DNA of 64,000 bases, from positions 17,112,001-17,176,000 of the forward strand of contig OX597833.1 of the NCBI GenBank assembly GCA_951406725.2, in the 5' to 3' direction. Of the stretch, positions 51,524-63,971 are shown piece after piece. The number at the start of each line of letters is the position of its first letter. Within the stretch, counting starts at the first letter, position 1. The notes under the pieces are model-generated. The model searched no databases. It had not been told where the DNA came from and was given only the letters and a program-made list of their open reading frames with translations. A program made the position numbers and the translations under genes. This DNA comes from Octopus vulgaris. Taxonomy: Eukaryota.

Positions 51524-52620
51524 TTATGCGTTGCTGGGAGCTGCGAAGCTTCTAACAAGGAGATTTCTAGGACTCCTATCTATTTTTAAAAGACAGGAGA
51601 GGCGGTGTGGAAAAGATAGGGCGGTTGTCGGGTCAGAAAGAAGAGTGCGAAAGTTGTGGGTGAGTTTGTGCTTTAGAGGGTGGATGGACGGGTGATAGGT
51701 GATATAGAGTGAAATACGGTCGGTGGAAGTGCGGGAAGGTGGTAGGAGAGCTGCTGTGCGGTTGATGGCTCGGGCTCGGTGGAGCGCCGGGTCGACAACT
51801 GATAGAGGATACCCTCGATTTAGAAAAAACTGTCGCATCGTTTTGCAATGGGATTCGAAATCCGAATCGATGCTGCAAAGTCGTCGAAGGCGAAGAAATT
51901 GATAGAAAGGTATGGCAGATTTAATGTGTTTGGGGTGAGAGGAAGAGTAGTGGAGGTAGGAGTGGAAGTCGGTAGGTTTATAGTAGACAGAGGTGGAGAG
52001 GTGGGTATTGTGTATTTTGACGGATTTGTCAAAAAAGCAAACAGAAGTATCAGATATGGTGTGGGTGAATTCCAAGGCTGGGTGAAAGGTGTTAACGAAA
52101 GAAATAAAACCGTTGAGCTGTTGTCTGTTAAGGCTTTTGCCGCCAATGCAGTCGTCAATTTTACGACCATAAAACTCTGGGATGGATCCAGGGAAGTGAG
52201 CAAAAATTTGCTCCTCTATTTAACCTACAAAGAGGTTAGCATAATTGGGTCCCATCCTGGTGCCCATAGCAACACCGCTGAACTGCTTATAGAATTCACC
52301 AGAGAAGGAAGATCAATTGAGTGTTAAGACGAGCTCAGCTAGGCGGAAGAGTGTATTAGTACAGAACGACGGTCTAAGAAGTGTTTAAGGGCTAGTAGAC
52401 CGTCGTTGTGAGGGATGACTGTGTACAAAGATTTAATGACCATGGTGAAAAGGACTTTGGATTGACCAGATGGAAAAGAGAATGCTTCCAAGAGGTGTAG
52501 TACATGGTTAGTGTCTTTTATATGCGAAGGTAGAGCAGTGACGAGAAGGGACAAAAGTTTGTCGCGATAGGAAGATAAAAGTTGTGGGGCAATTGCAAAC
52601 AGAGACAATAGGGCAGCCGG
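51524..52620 (-). pseudogene. Penelope-like element reverse transcriptase, decayed
   Basis: LPSHIKDTNH, LFTMVIKSLYTVIPHNDGL, VAMGTRMGPNYANLFVG, TSVYYKPTD.HSYLHYSSSHP, QFLRLRRLCS, FLNRGYP. Confidence 0.9.
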
Positions 52621-52899
52621 GATTATCTTGTTTATGTATGTATTCTCATGCATAAAGTTGGGAGTGCATATATACTTAAATGATAAACTTCAGGAATATT
52701 TTACAAATTGATGGCTTAAATCTGTAGTCTTCGAATTGGCTTTCTGCTTTCTGATTTTGAGAAGACTAATTTCCCAAGATTGGTGCTTAGATGGAGTTGA
52801 TATAATGAGTAACATTTGAACACTGGGGTCAGTGTAATCGACTCGTCCTCTTCCCCGGAATTGTTGCCCTTGTGGCAAAATTTGAATCCATTATTATTA

Positions 52900-53830
52900 T
52901 TTTGCTTAAATAAGGGTATAAACCTTAACTTGTAATCCGGATTGAGTAACTGTAAGTTTCTCAATAGTTCAGTGAAGGTGTCTTCTTTTTGACTGATCTT
53001 CATGTTGACATCCACTGAGCAGCTGATTTCCACCAAGGTACACAGTTTCTCTTCTCTGACCTAAATCACTATATCTGATCTATTATGTTTACATTATACT
53101 GAGGTTCTCGCGGAGTCATTCCACCAGCACTCTTTCGTATTAACAGAGGGTTATGGCATCTGTCACATTGTGGATCCTTATTATTTTGGCCTCAGGATTA
53201 ACCTTCCAATAAATCTCATTATGCAATTTCTTAGCTACTTTATGTCTTATCTATTGATGAGATGACATTTTCAGACAACTGTTTATGATGTGGGTGATGT
53301 CTTCGGTTTTAACTCCACAAAGTCTGCATCTGACGTTTGCCTGTGTCTCTGTACCTTTAGTACATCAGGAAACTGATTGCTATTTCCTGTTCCTGGATTA
53401 CAAATGCACGCATTTCAAAGAGAATATTGGTGATCTGGTTGTTGGCCCACGATAAACTGCTTTGATTATCAATGTTGCTACTCGTCAGGAGCTTTCTGTT
53501 AACATACCCATGCATGATCTTCTACTGATAAGCTCTCGTCCATTCATCTGATGATATGCTGCGAGAGTCGGGAAATTTCTTTAGGCATGTACTCAATGTT
53601 ATCAGACATTTTTCTTGGGGATCTACTTTCTAAGTCTCGTGATGTTATCTACCTCGTATCTTTTCGCTGGAGTTTTCGTGGCTACGGGCTTGGACCAGCT
53701 GCGCAATTTGCCAACCCACAGTTCTGGGTGTTTTTACGAGACACCATTCGTGTAGATGGCCATTGGTTCTCAATGAGAGATCATCCGTCCTTTGACGGGC
53801 ATTGTTTGTAGTCCCGAAGAGTGTCCACAA
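52900..53830 (-). pseudogene. REL-endonuclease LINE (R4/NeSL-like) 3' remnant
   Basis: CRLCGVKTEDITHIINSC (CCHC), RHK motif, DIVI..EKLCTLVEISC..SQKEDTF..LLRNLQLL. Confidence 0.7.
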
Positions 53831-54184
53831 CATTCTCTTCACCTGGTAGCAGAACCGGTTTATAAGCCGACTACCCGACCCTGAAACAGGTAGTACTGGT
53901 TACATAGTGTCCGGAGAAGGATTTTCCTTACTTCACAAGCCTAGTGGTCAGGCTTGCTAACCTTTCTGCGAACTCGTCGCATTCTATCTTCACGTTATTG
54001 AGTTCTTGAGTCGCCGAGGTCGTCTTTACTTTTTATCTTTTCATGGTCGATTAGAATAAGTCTATAGGGTGTCGAAATTACACACTACTTCTTTGTGAAT
54101 GGTTTGAAACGGTATGCCTGTAATATGTATGAGATGAAAAAGAGCCTTGACCTGGTTACATCATTCTCAAAGTATATAGGGTTG

Positions 54185-54469
54185 GGTTTTTTTCCTTTTC
54201 GAGCCACGCCTGGCTCATACGGCCAGTTTCCCGGCTTCCTTGGCGTATAGGTTCCCCACCTGAACGGGACGCCGGTCCGTCGCAGGTGAGCTGCAAGATG
54301 CAGGAGGGAAGAGTGAGAGAAAGTTGTGGTGAAAGAGTCAGCAGAAGTTCGCCATTGCCTTCTGCCGGAGCCACGTGGAGCTTAGGTGTTTCGTTAATAA
54401 ACACACACATCGCCCGGTCTGAGATTCAAACCCGCGATCCCTCGACCGCGAGTCCGCTGCTCTAACCAC
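54185..54469 (-). mobile_element. SINE family C1
   Basis: Collinear with 23008-23316. Confidence 0.88.
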
Positions 54470-55038
54470 TTCTAAAATATATGAAGCCCAATATACCCAT
54501 CATGACTATCCGTTTGATAATGGTGCACCAGGCACATGCATCACAACCAATCGTGCGCGACATAGTGATTTCATATCAAAATAAACAGTGCATGACCTTT
54601 ACTTCGGGTCGAGTAGCCCATCACATTCAAAAGTTCCTGAATAAGGGTTGTTTAAGGTTGTTCTAGGCATTTTACTCACCTATTTAGATGAAAAAAAAAC
54701 ATTTTTCGCATCGTCTAAATACCCGAGGAAAATACATAGAAGCTTTTAGCTCCGGTATTTGAAACTCTGAGTACTATTATGACAACTTAACGATTGCTCT
54801 GTACTATATATATATATATATATATATATTACAAACCACGGTTTATATAGCTACCTTACAGTTGAATATTATCTGTAATGTTTAACATTCTTTGTATAGG
54901 GAACTAACTAGTACTTTCATAGGATTTTGCTATCCCTTAATGAAGTTTGTAACCTTCATTTGAACTTTATTTATATATCATGATTGACCGCTAACTCTAA
55001 AAGTTTTTTTTTTCTCTTTCTGTTAATCTTCTCATATT

Positions 55039-55076
55039 CCTTTCTGTTGAAGAGCGTTGGTTCGAAACGTAAAAGG
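55039..55076 (+). ncRNA. Minimal hammerhead-like motif with U at core position 6
   Basis: CCUUU-CUGUUGA-A-GAGC(GUUG)GUUC-GAAAC-GUA-AAAGG; 5-bp stem I. Confidence 0.55.
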
Positions 55077-55233
55077 CTTTCTCACATTCCCGAGCGTTAA
55101 ACTAATACACCTGTTTATTGTTTATACACCTGTTTTCGTCTTTTGCTTTTCTGTAAATTTCAACTATATACGTATGTATATATGATATTTACCACAAGAA
55201 CTATGATGAAAAGATGAGAAAGATATGGTGTAT

Positions 55234-55306
<73 letters not shown>

Positions 55307-55427
55307 TAAAATCGAGCATTAAAAACAGAACATTGATAATAACAAATAACAAAACAATGAAAGGACATATATATGGAATGCATTAACTAGGCGCTCAGTA
55401 AAAGTAGAAAGGAAAAAAAGTGGGGTT

Positions 55428-55462
55428 TTTTTATGTTTCGAGCATAGCTCTTCGTCAGAAAA
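55428..55462 (-). ncRNA. Minimal Penelope-type hammerhead-like motif
   Basis: Minus strand UUUU-CUGACGA-A-GAGC(UAU)GCUC-GAAAC-AUA-AAAA; canonical core, stem III G>A change. Confidence 0.6.
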
Positions 55463-55795
55463 GAAAAAGCCAGAGAAAGAAAAAAGTTCAGGGAAAACAC
55501 ATACATACACATGCACATATACACACACACACACATGTATATACATGTATACATACACACCCATACATATACACACGCACATATATACACACACACACAT
55601 ACATTCATACAGACATATCCACATATATCTATAGATATATATATACACACATTGATATAAACACACACATATATATAATATGACAGACAGACAGATAGAC
55701 ATGAGTAATCACGTAAATGCAAAACAAGATGGAAAAAAAGTAGTACTCGAATACCGAAGATAGAGTGATATGCTTTTTTGTTAAAACTGTGAAAA

Positions 55796-55852
55796 CATCA
55801 CAAAAACTACAACTCGGAGTTTCAAGTTCCCGTTCGTCGGACAGTTGTGATG
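55796..55852 (-). ncRNA. Type I hammerhead-like motif with U4C core and extended stem I
   Basis: Minus strand CAUCAC-AACUGU-CCGACGA-ACGGGAACUU-GAAA-CUC(C)GAG-UU-GUAGUU-UUU-GUGAUG; stems I and III pair well, stem II is weak. Confidence 0.5.
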
Positions 55853-55883
55853 AAGATTCTTGATCACAGCTTCACTAGAAAAA

Positions 55884-55950
<67 letters not shown>

Positions 55951-56173
55951 GGGAGAGTAATGAGGTCATTACACAAATAATAAACTCACGTGTTTATTTT
56001 TTACTTCCGGTGTAGTAAGATACAATAATTACACACAACTACAAGCAACGGGCTTCCACGAAATTTTCGTTCGCCACATTCACTTAGAAGGCATTTTGTC
56101 TGCCCAGGGTGTACAGTCGTGGCCAAAAGTTTGGAACATACGTCTGAAAATTAGAATTTTTATATTAGATGCT

Positions 56174-56215
<42 letters not shown>

Positions 56216-56225
56216 TTGAATTGTA

Positions 56226-58007
56226 TTGAGGTATCTCATAAATAATGCTGTTTATTTCAATTGCATGAACTAAAAGTTGGAGAGGGACGAGATAAACTAC
56301 CTGCATCAACTTGCTATTAAAGCAGGTAGAAATTTTACCTTGTACTTATTTTTCGATTTTAACAGTTATTTTTTTCAAATAGTAACGAAGGAACATAATC
56401 GGCATATTTTGCTCTATGAGCTCAATAAAGACAACAAATCAACGGAAAGGGCTAAGAATATCAATGCAGTATAATGGGGACCTGACATTAGGCGTAAACC
56501 AGTGTCAACGGTGGTTCCAGAAATTTCAAGCCAGGAACTATAGTCAAGAAGACGAGCCTCGTCCTGGAAGATTTGTAGAGGTCAATGAGTACGTCCTGCA
56601 AACCCTGGTGGAACAAAATCCCATCGTAACTGTTGACGAACTAACAGAGAAGGTTGGATTTGATCATTCAACCATTCATCGACACCTGCGTACCATCGGA
56701 AAAGTCAGCAAATTGGGTCAATGGGTTCCTCACAAACTTTTCGAGTCTAATCTCATACAGATAATGAATGTGTGCTCTTCTTTGTTGTCACATCTCACGA
56801 ATAAACCTTTTTTTTTTCAACCGAACAGTGACTGGTGATGAGAAATGGGTTTTCTATAGAAATGTCAAGCGCCGAAGACAGTAGGTAGAGAAAAAAGAAG
56901 CACCGGAACCCCAGGCTAAAGAAGGTCTTCACCCACGTAAGGTGTTGCTATCTGTTTGGTGGGATATAAAACGTTAAGTTCACTTCGAACGTTTAAACCC
57001 AAACCAAACGTTAACAAAGATCTACTGCGAGCAGCTTAAGCGGTTCAAATCAGCGCTAGACAAAAAACCGACCATCTTTGATTTCAAGAGGAAAGGTGTT
57101 CTAACAGGATAATGCTCGGTTACATACAGCGAGGATGACATTCCAAAGGATGGAGCAGTTTAAATGGGAAACGATGCTTCACCCACCATATTCGCTGGAC
57201 ATTGCCCCATCTGATCATCATTTATTCCGCAGTCTTCAAAATCATTTGGACGGGAAAAATGTGAATTCTGTAGACGTGGTCAGAGCAGTACTGGATGAGT
57301 ATTTTTCGTCACGGACAAACGAATATTGGCAGAGCCGGAGAGAAAAAAAGAAAAAAGAAAATATTTTTTTAAAATGTGGAGGCACATGGATTAGTGGTTA
57401 GAGCAGCGAACTCGCGGTCGAGGAATCGCGGGTTCGAATCTCAGACCAGGCGACGAGTGGTTTCAATTTATGGTGGCTAGCTAGCGGAAACGTTAGCATG
57501 CCAGACGAAGTGCTTAGCAGTATTTCGTTTGTCATGTTCTGAGTTCAAATTCCGCCGAGGTCGACTTTGCCTTTCATCCTTTCGGAGTCGATTAAATAAG
57601 TACCAGTTACGCAATGGGGTCGATGTAATCGACTTAATCCGTTTGTCTGTCCTTCTTTGTCCCCTCTTTGTGTTTAGCCCCTTGTGGGTAGTAAAGAAAT
57701 AGGTATTTTGTCTACCGTTACACTCTGAGTTCAAATTCGGCCGAGGTCGACTTTGCCCTTCATCCTTTCGGGGTCGATTAAATAAGTACCAGTTACGCAC
57801 TGGGGTCGATAAAATCGACTTAATCCGTTTGTCTGTTCTTGTTTGTCTCCTCTATGTTTAACCCCTTGTGGGCAATACAGAAAGATGAAAGAGCATTGTA
57901 GAAAATGAAGGAGAGTATATTTTAGATTAATGAAAGAATTTTGTTTATCTTAATTTTGAAATATAAAAGAAGTATAAAAAAACCGCATTATTTATGGGAT
58001 GACCCAG
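56226..58007 (+). mobile_element. Mariner (DD34D) transposon, decayed, nested in the MITE and interrupted by SINEs
   Basis: WFQKF, WVPHKL, VTGDEKW, QDNA, HPPYSLDIAPSDHHLFRSLQNHL; TIRs TA|ttgaggtatctcataaataatgc and gcattatttatgggatgacccag|TA. Confidence 0.9.
57375..57883 (+). mobile_element. SINE C head (57375-57455) and SINE B dimer (57472-57883) inside the mariner
   Basis: Family motifs; mariner coding sequence resumes at about 57880. Confidence 0.85.
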
Positions 58008-58141
58008 TATTTGGGCATAACAATTTTAATTTTTTTAAAGTGTTTCAAACTTTTGACCACGACTGTATAGCAGAAAGCGCTTGCCTAAGATTCTGCACAG
58101 CAGGACTGAACCCGAAACCAGGTGGCCGTAAAGCAAGTTTC

Positions 58142-58578
58142 GGATCTTTTCGGTTTGAACGGCAGTTTTTTCTAGCGGTGTCATATGAAATTGTCACGCA
58201 TAATTATGACCCTAGAATCGATCTATTCCATGTCAATCTCTTTTAGGGTTAGGGTTAGTTAGGGTTTGGTTAGGGTTAGGGGTGGGGGGAAGGGTATCTT
58301 TTTTTCTTCACAAATGTAAATAAACCCAATCTGTTTCTTAAACGAGGGACACATTCATACGGCACAGAATGTTTTCACCTCAATAGACGTCATTGATTGG
58401 TTGAAATTGCAGAAATTGAAGAAAAAAAACAACAAATATCTTACAAACCATAGAATTTTCTCAATAAAGCCAAGAGAAAAAGACGTTTTATAAACGCATT
58501 CTACCAGTATAAGAAGTTTAAAATTTTTTAGCTACCTTGAAATTATGTTAAAAACTGCCGTTCAAACCGAAAAGATCC
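58142..58578. mobile_element. MITE with GG..CC ends, 8-bp TSD and internal TTAGGG repeats (Merlin-like by structure)
   Basis: Perfect ~29-bp TIR ggatcttttcggtttgaacggcagttttt; TSD caagtttc at 58134-58141 and 58579-58586; ttaggg x5 at about 58243-58281. Confidence 0.9.
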
Positions 58579-59289
58579 CAAGTTTCTTTTGTTTTCTAAA
58601 AATCAAAATCCACCAGAAACATTGATTTAATTGGTTTGCTGAGTGCTGAAGGCGATTATAAAATTTGCAGTCTCGGGGAGGTAACTGCTAATATCTTGAG
58701 TTTATAGCGCGACAATGTTTTTCGATAAACCTTGTTAGTACTTTTGGAGATGTATTGATTTCATACGAGACCATAGGTAAAGACTAAAACAACTACAGCG
58801 TAGAAGACACACATTAACCGTTTAAAAACACTGAAAGACTGTTAACTTCACTTAAACATTTATAATTTGATGACACCGCCTAATAAATGTTTAAGTAGAG
58901 TTAACAGTTTCTGAATGGCTAGGGTGTCTTCAACAACGTAATTGTTAAATATTTAGTATTTTTTTCCCTTTCACTGTTACACCTAGCTTTCTTCATATAT
59001 CAAATAAGCCCTGAGTTATTGCAACTGTCTGTATTCAATAAACAGTAAAAGAATAAGCTTTGCCTAATTTTCAAACGATTCATGTAACTGAATTAGTAAT
59101 GAAAGTAGGAGTTAACTCCCTTGTTGTTTGTTCTTATAACCCGGACTGTTTTCGGTTCAAGTAAATCTATGATCAAAAGACCACTCTATCAGGTATGGTC
59201 AGCGTTTATCGAAAAGCGGGCCGCATGAGGCACGGGTCGTCATCATTACTAAAAAAAATTCAAGGTAATTTCTTTTTCTTTGGTGTATA

Positions 59290-60080
59290 GGCACAAGAGT
59301 GGTTCTGTGGTAAGTAGCTTGCTTACCAACCACATGGTCCCGTGTTCAGTCCCACTGCGTGGCACCTTGGGCAAGTGTCTTCTACTATAGCCTCGGCCCG
59401 ACCAAAACCTTGTAAGTGGATTTGGTAGACGGAAACTGAAAGGAGCCCGTCGTATATATGTATATGTATGTGTATATGTGAGTTTGTTGTTTTTGTCTTT
59501 GTTTGTCTCCCCCACCACTTCTTGACAACCAATGTTGGTGAGTTTGCGTCCCTGTCATTAAGCAGTTCGGCAAAAGAGACCGATAGAATAAGTACTAGGC
59601 TTACAAAGAATAAGTCCTGGGGTCGATTTATTCAACTAAAGGTGCTGCCCCAGCATGGCCACAGTCCAATGACTGAAAAAAGTAAAAGAATGACTGTAGC
59701 CATCCTGGAGCACCACCTCGGATTTTTTTTAATTGAATGTATGAACCCCAGGACTTAGTCTTTGTAAGCCTAGTACTTATTCTATCAGTCTTTTTTTGCC
59801 GAACAACTACGTTACGGGTACGTAAACACACCAACACTGGTTGTCAAGCAGTGGGGGTGGGGGTGAGGTGATAAAGACAGACACGAAACACATACACATA
59901 AATATACATACATATAGATATTCGACAGGCTTCTTTCAGTTTCAGTCTACTAATTCCACTCAGAAGGCTTTGGTCGGGCTGAGGCTATAGTAGAAGACAC
60001 TTGCCCAAGGTGCCACGTAGTGGGACTGAACCTGGAACCTTGCGGTTGGGAAGCAACCTCCTTATCACACAGCCACACCT
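59290..60080. mobile_element. Tail-to-tail inverted pair of SINE family A copies
   Basis: 59290-59690 (+) directly abuts 59690-60080 (-). Confidence 0.85.
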
Positions 60081-60084
60081 GTAC

Positions 60085-60148
<64 letters not shown>

Positions 60149-60531
60149 ATGTATATATATATATATATGTATGTATGTAAGTATATATGTATATTATATA
60201 TATACAAATATATATTTGTACCTTTGTTTGTCCCCCCACCTTCTCTTGACAACCAACGTTGGTGTGTTTACGTCCCCGTCATTAAGTGGTTTAGTAAACG
60301 AGACCCATAGAATAAGTACTAGGCTTACAAAGATTAAGTGTTGGGGTCGATTTATTCAACTAAAGGTGCTACCCCAGGCTGGGAAGCAACCTCCTTATCA
60401 CAAAACCACCCCTGTACCTCTCTTTCTCTCTCTCTATAGAAATATACACACACACACACATATATATATAAAATGGAGCCACTTGAAACGGTTGTACTAC
60501 ATTACTACTTGATATCCTGTTGCTTATTTTG

Positions 60532-60580
<49 letters not shown>

Positions 60581-60702
60581 CACAAAAAATTAATTTGCGA
60601 AGGTGACATTAATTCTATTATTATCCAATGTAACTATTTTAAAAATGATAACAGAATCAACGACACAGACGATAGCAGGCCAAAAATAGCATTAGATAGC
60701 CA

Positions 60703-60880
60703 AGGGATTTAAATTAATCAAAGGACATAGTAAGTATGTCTACCTGCTTGAAATAACAGTCAAAACTCTTATTAAATCGCCAAAGATACAAAAACATTTT
60801 TGGCAATTTAATAAGAGTTTTGACTGTTATTTCAAGCAGGTAGACATACTTACTATGTCCTTTGATTAATTTTAATCCCT
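60703..60880. repeat. 178-bp near-perfect inverted repeat
   Basis: ~85-bp arms, 3 mismatches, 8-nt loop acaaaaac. Confidence 0.95.
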
Positions 60881-61077
60881 CAGGATCCAGTCTGATTTAG
60901 CACGGTTTTCTATGGCTGGATACCCTTCCTAATGCCAACCACTCCGTGAGTGTAATGGGTGCTTTTACATGCCATTTTCATGACACCAGTATCTGCCACA
61001 ACTGCAATTTTGCTTGGCTTGATGGCTCTTCTTCTCAAGCACAACATAATGCCAAATGTCTTGGTCATTGCATCTGT

Positions 61078-61395
61078 GAAGCCCAACACTCAAAAGGAAC
61101 TCGGCTAGTTTGCGCTCATGGGGCCCAATGCTTGAAAGGAACTCAGCCACTTGCCTACATGAGGCCCAACACTCAAAAGGAACTCAGCAACTTCCCTCCA
61201 TGATGAACAATGCTCGAAAGGAACTCAGCCATTTGGCTCCATGAAGCCCAACGCTTGAAAGGAATTCAACCGCTTGCCTCCATAAGGACTAACACTCAAA
61301 AGGAACTCAGCCACTTGCCTCCATGAGGCACAACACTCAAAAGAAACTCAGCCACTTGCCTCCACAAGGCCCAATGCCCAAAAAGAACTCAGCCA
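61078..61395. repeat. ~41-bp minisatellite, about 8 diverged copies, next to a family D fragment (60881-60975, -)
   Basis: Unit gaggcccaacactcaaaaggaactcagccacttgcctccat. Confidence 0.9.
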
Positions 61396-61660
61396 TATCT
61401 ATATCTGTACATACATGATGAATTCTCTTATCGTGAACGACTGTAAAATAAAGAGTTAATCAAGTTCTATAGACACGAATGTCTCTCTTGAGCCCTGCTG
61501 GTTCTTGCAAACTTTTTGTCAAATAGATCAAGTTGAAGACTCAGTTTGCCTGAGTGCTTATGGATCATTTACTATGTGTTTTCTTGAGGGGACAGCAAGG
61601 CCTGCTTTGCTTCATGCCACAAAACCACAACAATGACATGTGTATGTGTGTTTGTGTGTG

Positions 61661-61704
<44 letters not shown>

Positions 61705-61705
<1 letters not shown>

Positions 61706-62690
61706 TGCCAGACTGGCCCTTCATGCCAGTGGCACATAAAAGCAACCACTACACTCTCAGAGTGGTTGGCATTAGGAAGGGCATCCAGCTGTAGAAACTC
61801 TGCCAGATTAGATTGGAGCCTGGTGCAGCCATCTGGTTCACCAGTCCTTAGTTAAATCGTCCAACCCATGCTAGCATGGAAAACAGACGTTAAATGATGA
61901 TGATGATATATATATATATATATATAAAATAGTAATGCAATACAAGAGTATTGCTTTCCAGTAAAGAATAGCCCGTGAGGGAAAATTATACATAGAAGTA
62001 AATATATGGCACAACAAAGTACCGATATTTACTGGAAAATAGCGAACGTAATAATACGACGCTAATGTATAGCTTCACCGCGTATGTACTAACAAAAATG
62101 CGTGAGTGCAACATATATTTACTTATATATATATATATATGTATGTATGTGCATGATGATGTATGCATGTATGTTTATGTATGTGCCATCGGCACTGGTA
62201 TCTCAGCTACAATTTCTATTGATGTTGACAGATTTCGATTTCGAAAAGCAAAATCGAAATCGAAATCTTTCAACATCAATGGAAATTGTAGCTGAGATAC
62301 CAGTGCCGATGGCACGTAAGAGAACCGTCCGAACGTGGCTGTTGCCAGCACCGCCCCGACTGGCCTCCGTGCCGGTGGCACATAAAAAGCACCATCTGTT
62401 TGTGGCCGTTGCCAGCCTCGTCTGGCCCCCGTGCCGGTGGCACGTAAAAAGCACCATCCGATCGTGGCCATTTGCCAGCCTCGCCTGGCACCAGTGCAGG
62501 TGGCACATAAAAAGCACCCACTACACTCTCGGAGTGGTTGGCATTAGGAAGGGCATCCAGCTGTAGAAACACTGCCAGATCAGACTGGGCCTGGCGCAGC
62601 CTCCCGGCTTCCCAGACCCCAGTTGAACCGTCCAACCCATGCTAGCATGGAAAGCGGACGCTAAATGATTATGATGATGATGATGATGAT
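61705..62690 (+). mobile_element. SINE-like family D copies (61705-61906 and 62254-62690) with (ATG)n tails
   Basis: Shared gtggttggcattaggaagggcatccagctgtagaaac..gtccaacccatgctagcatggaaa..gacg.taaatgatgatg; the second copy has internal ~60-bp repeats gtgccggtggcac.taaaaagcacc. Confidence 0.8.
62181..62317. repeat. Foldback (64-bp arms) at the 5' end of the family D element
   Basis: atgtgccatcggcactgg..ttcga / tcgaaatc..ccagtgccgatggcacgt, 3 mismatches, 9-nt loop. Confidence 0.93.
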
Positions 62691-63770
62691 ATAATGTATG
62701 TATGTATGTATGTATGTGTATGATGATGTATGTGTTTATATATATATATATATATACATATATAGATATATTCTATATGTATGTATATATATACATGTGT
62801 ATACAAAAATATATATGAACTATAAAATTAAATAATAAACCATAGCAATATTTAGATAAGTTTTCATATTTTAATATCTTTTATTTTGAAATGTAATTGT
62901 ACTCAATAAAAAAAAAGGGTGACTTGCTCTTCAGCTCATCTCGTACAATATTCCTTATAATTATGCCTGTACTGCATCACTTTACAGCTAGGCAATGCTT
63001 GAAACTAAAAGAGAATAATAATTAGAATAGTTTATTTTTTACACTATGTAGCCAAACCACTTGGGTGAGGGGGAAGAAAAAAAAACATCAATATTTAAGG
63101 AATTGAATATAACCTTATTTTTTTTTTTTTTTTTTTTGGTATTCTTTATGGGACGGTACTTTTTCAGAGACAAAGTAAAACAGAGACAATAACAAAATTG
63201 CTATCGAATAGCAATGGATCACATGGTTCCAGTAGATATGATGGTAATTTCTTTTTTTTTTTTTTTTTACAATAAATTATTCCCCCTTTTTCTAGAGAAG
63301 AACAGGACCTGAACTGGGCACAGTTAGGTGATATAAGGTGGTAAGGTAGAATAGGCAAAAAAATAAGAGTTTGAAAATAAAATAGGTTAACAGTTTTGGT
63401 TTGTGTGTGTGTGTGTATGGATAGGTTGGTGAGGTCCATTTAGATTAGCTAATCAAAATATAATAATCAAGAGTAAACCCTTATATATATATGTATGTAT
63501 GTATATATATATGTAAATTAGAGAAAATCCACTATTATGTAATTCAAACAATGATGGACATAAACCAAACATTGTTTGAATTGTATAATAGTGGCTTAAT
63601 TTATATATTTATATTGTGAAATTTGATTTAATACTAAATTGAATTTTTCCCTGTAAGTTTGGAGTTATACTCCCTAATATTATTATAATTATTATATATA
63701 TATACATAATGCACTTCTACATTATAATATATACAAACAGATCTAGACAAATACACAAATGTAATATAGA

Positions 63771-63971
63771 CAGGGTGTCCCAGAAGTCATGTACCATCCT
63801 GGTTTTTTAAAAGAATACACCCTTATTGATTTCAAAAACACTTTATTGAAATTAATCGTAACAAATGCTCAAATTGAGCACCCTCTACAATAAAACATGC
63901 CGAGAAAAATATAATATAATAAAATGCTTTAATTATTTTAAATGAAAACCAGAATGGTGCGTGACTTCTGG
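63771..63971. mobile_element. Tc1/mariner-type MITE, right end eroded
   Basis: cagggtgtcccagaagtcatgtaccatcctggtttt / aaaaccagaatggtgcgtgacttctgg inverted ends. Confidence 0.7.

Larger units (their letters stand above)
56114..58065. mobile_element. Tc1-type MITE (outer element), TA-flanked, inserted in a decayed SINE A
   Basis: TIRs cagtcgtggccaaaagtttggaaca / tgtttcaaacttttgaccacgactg (25 bp, 2 mismatches), TA on both sides. Confidence 0.88.

Noticed and set aside
53548-53582. CTGATGA..GAAA motif
   Set aside because: No stem II or stem I pairing; lies within a LINE remnant.
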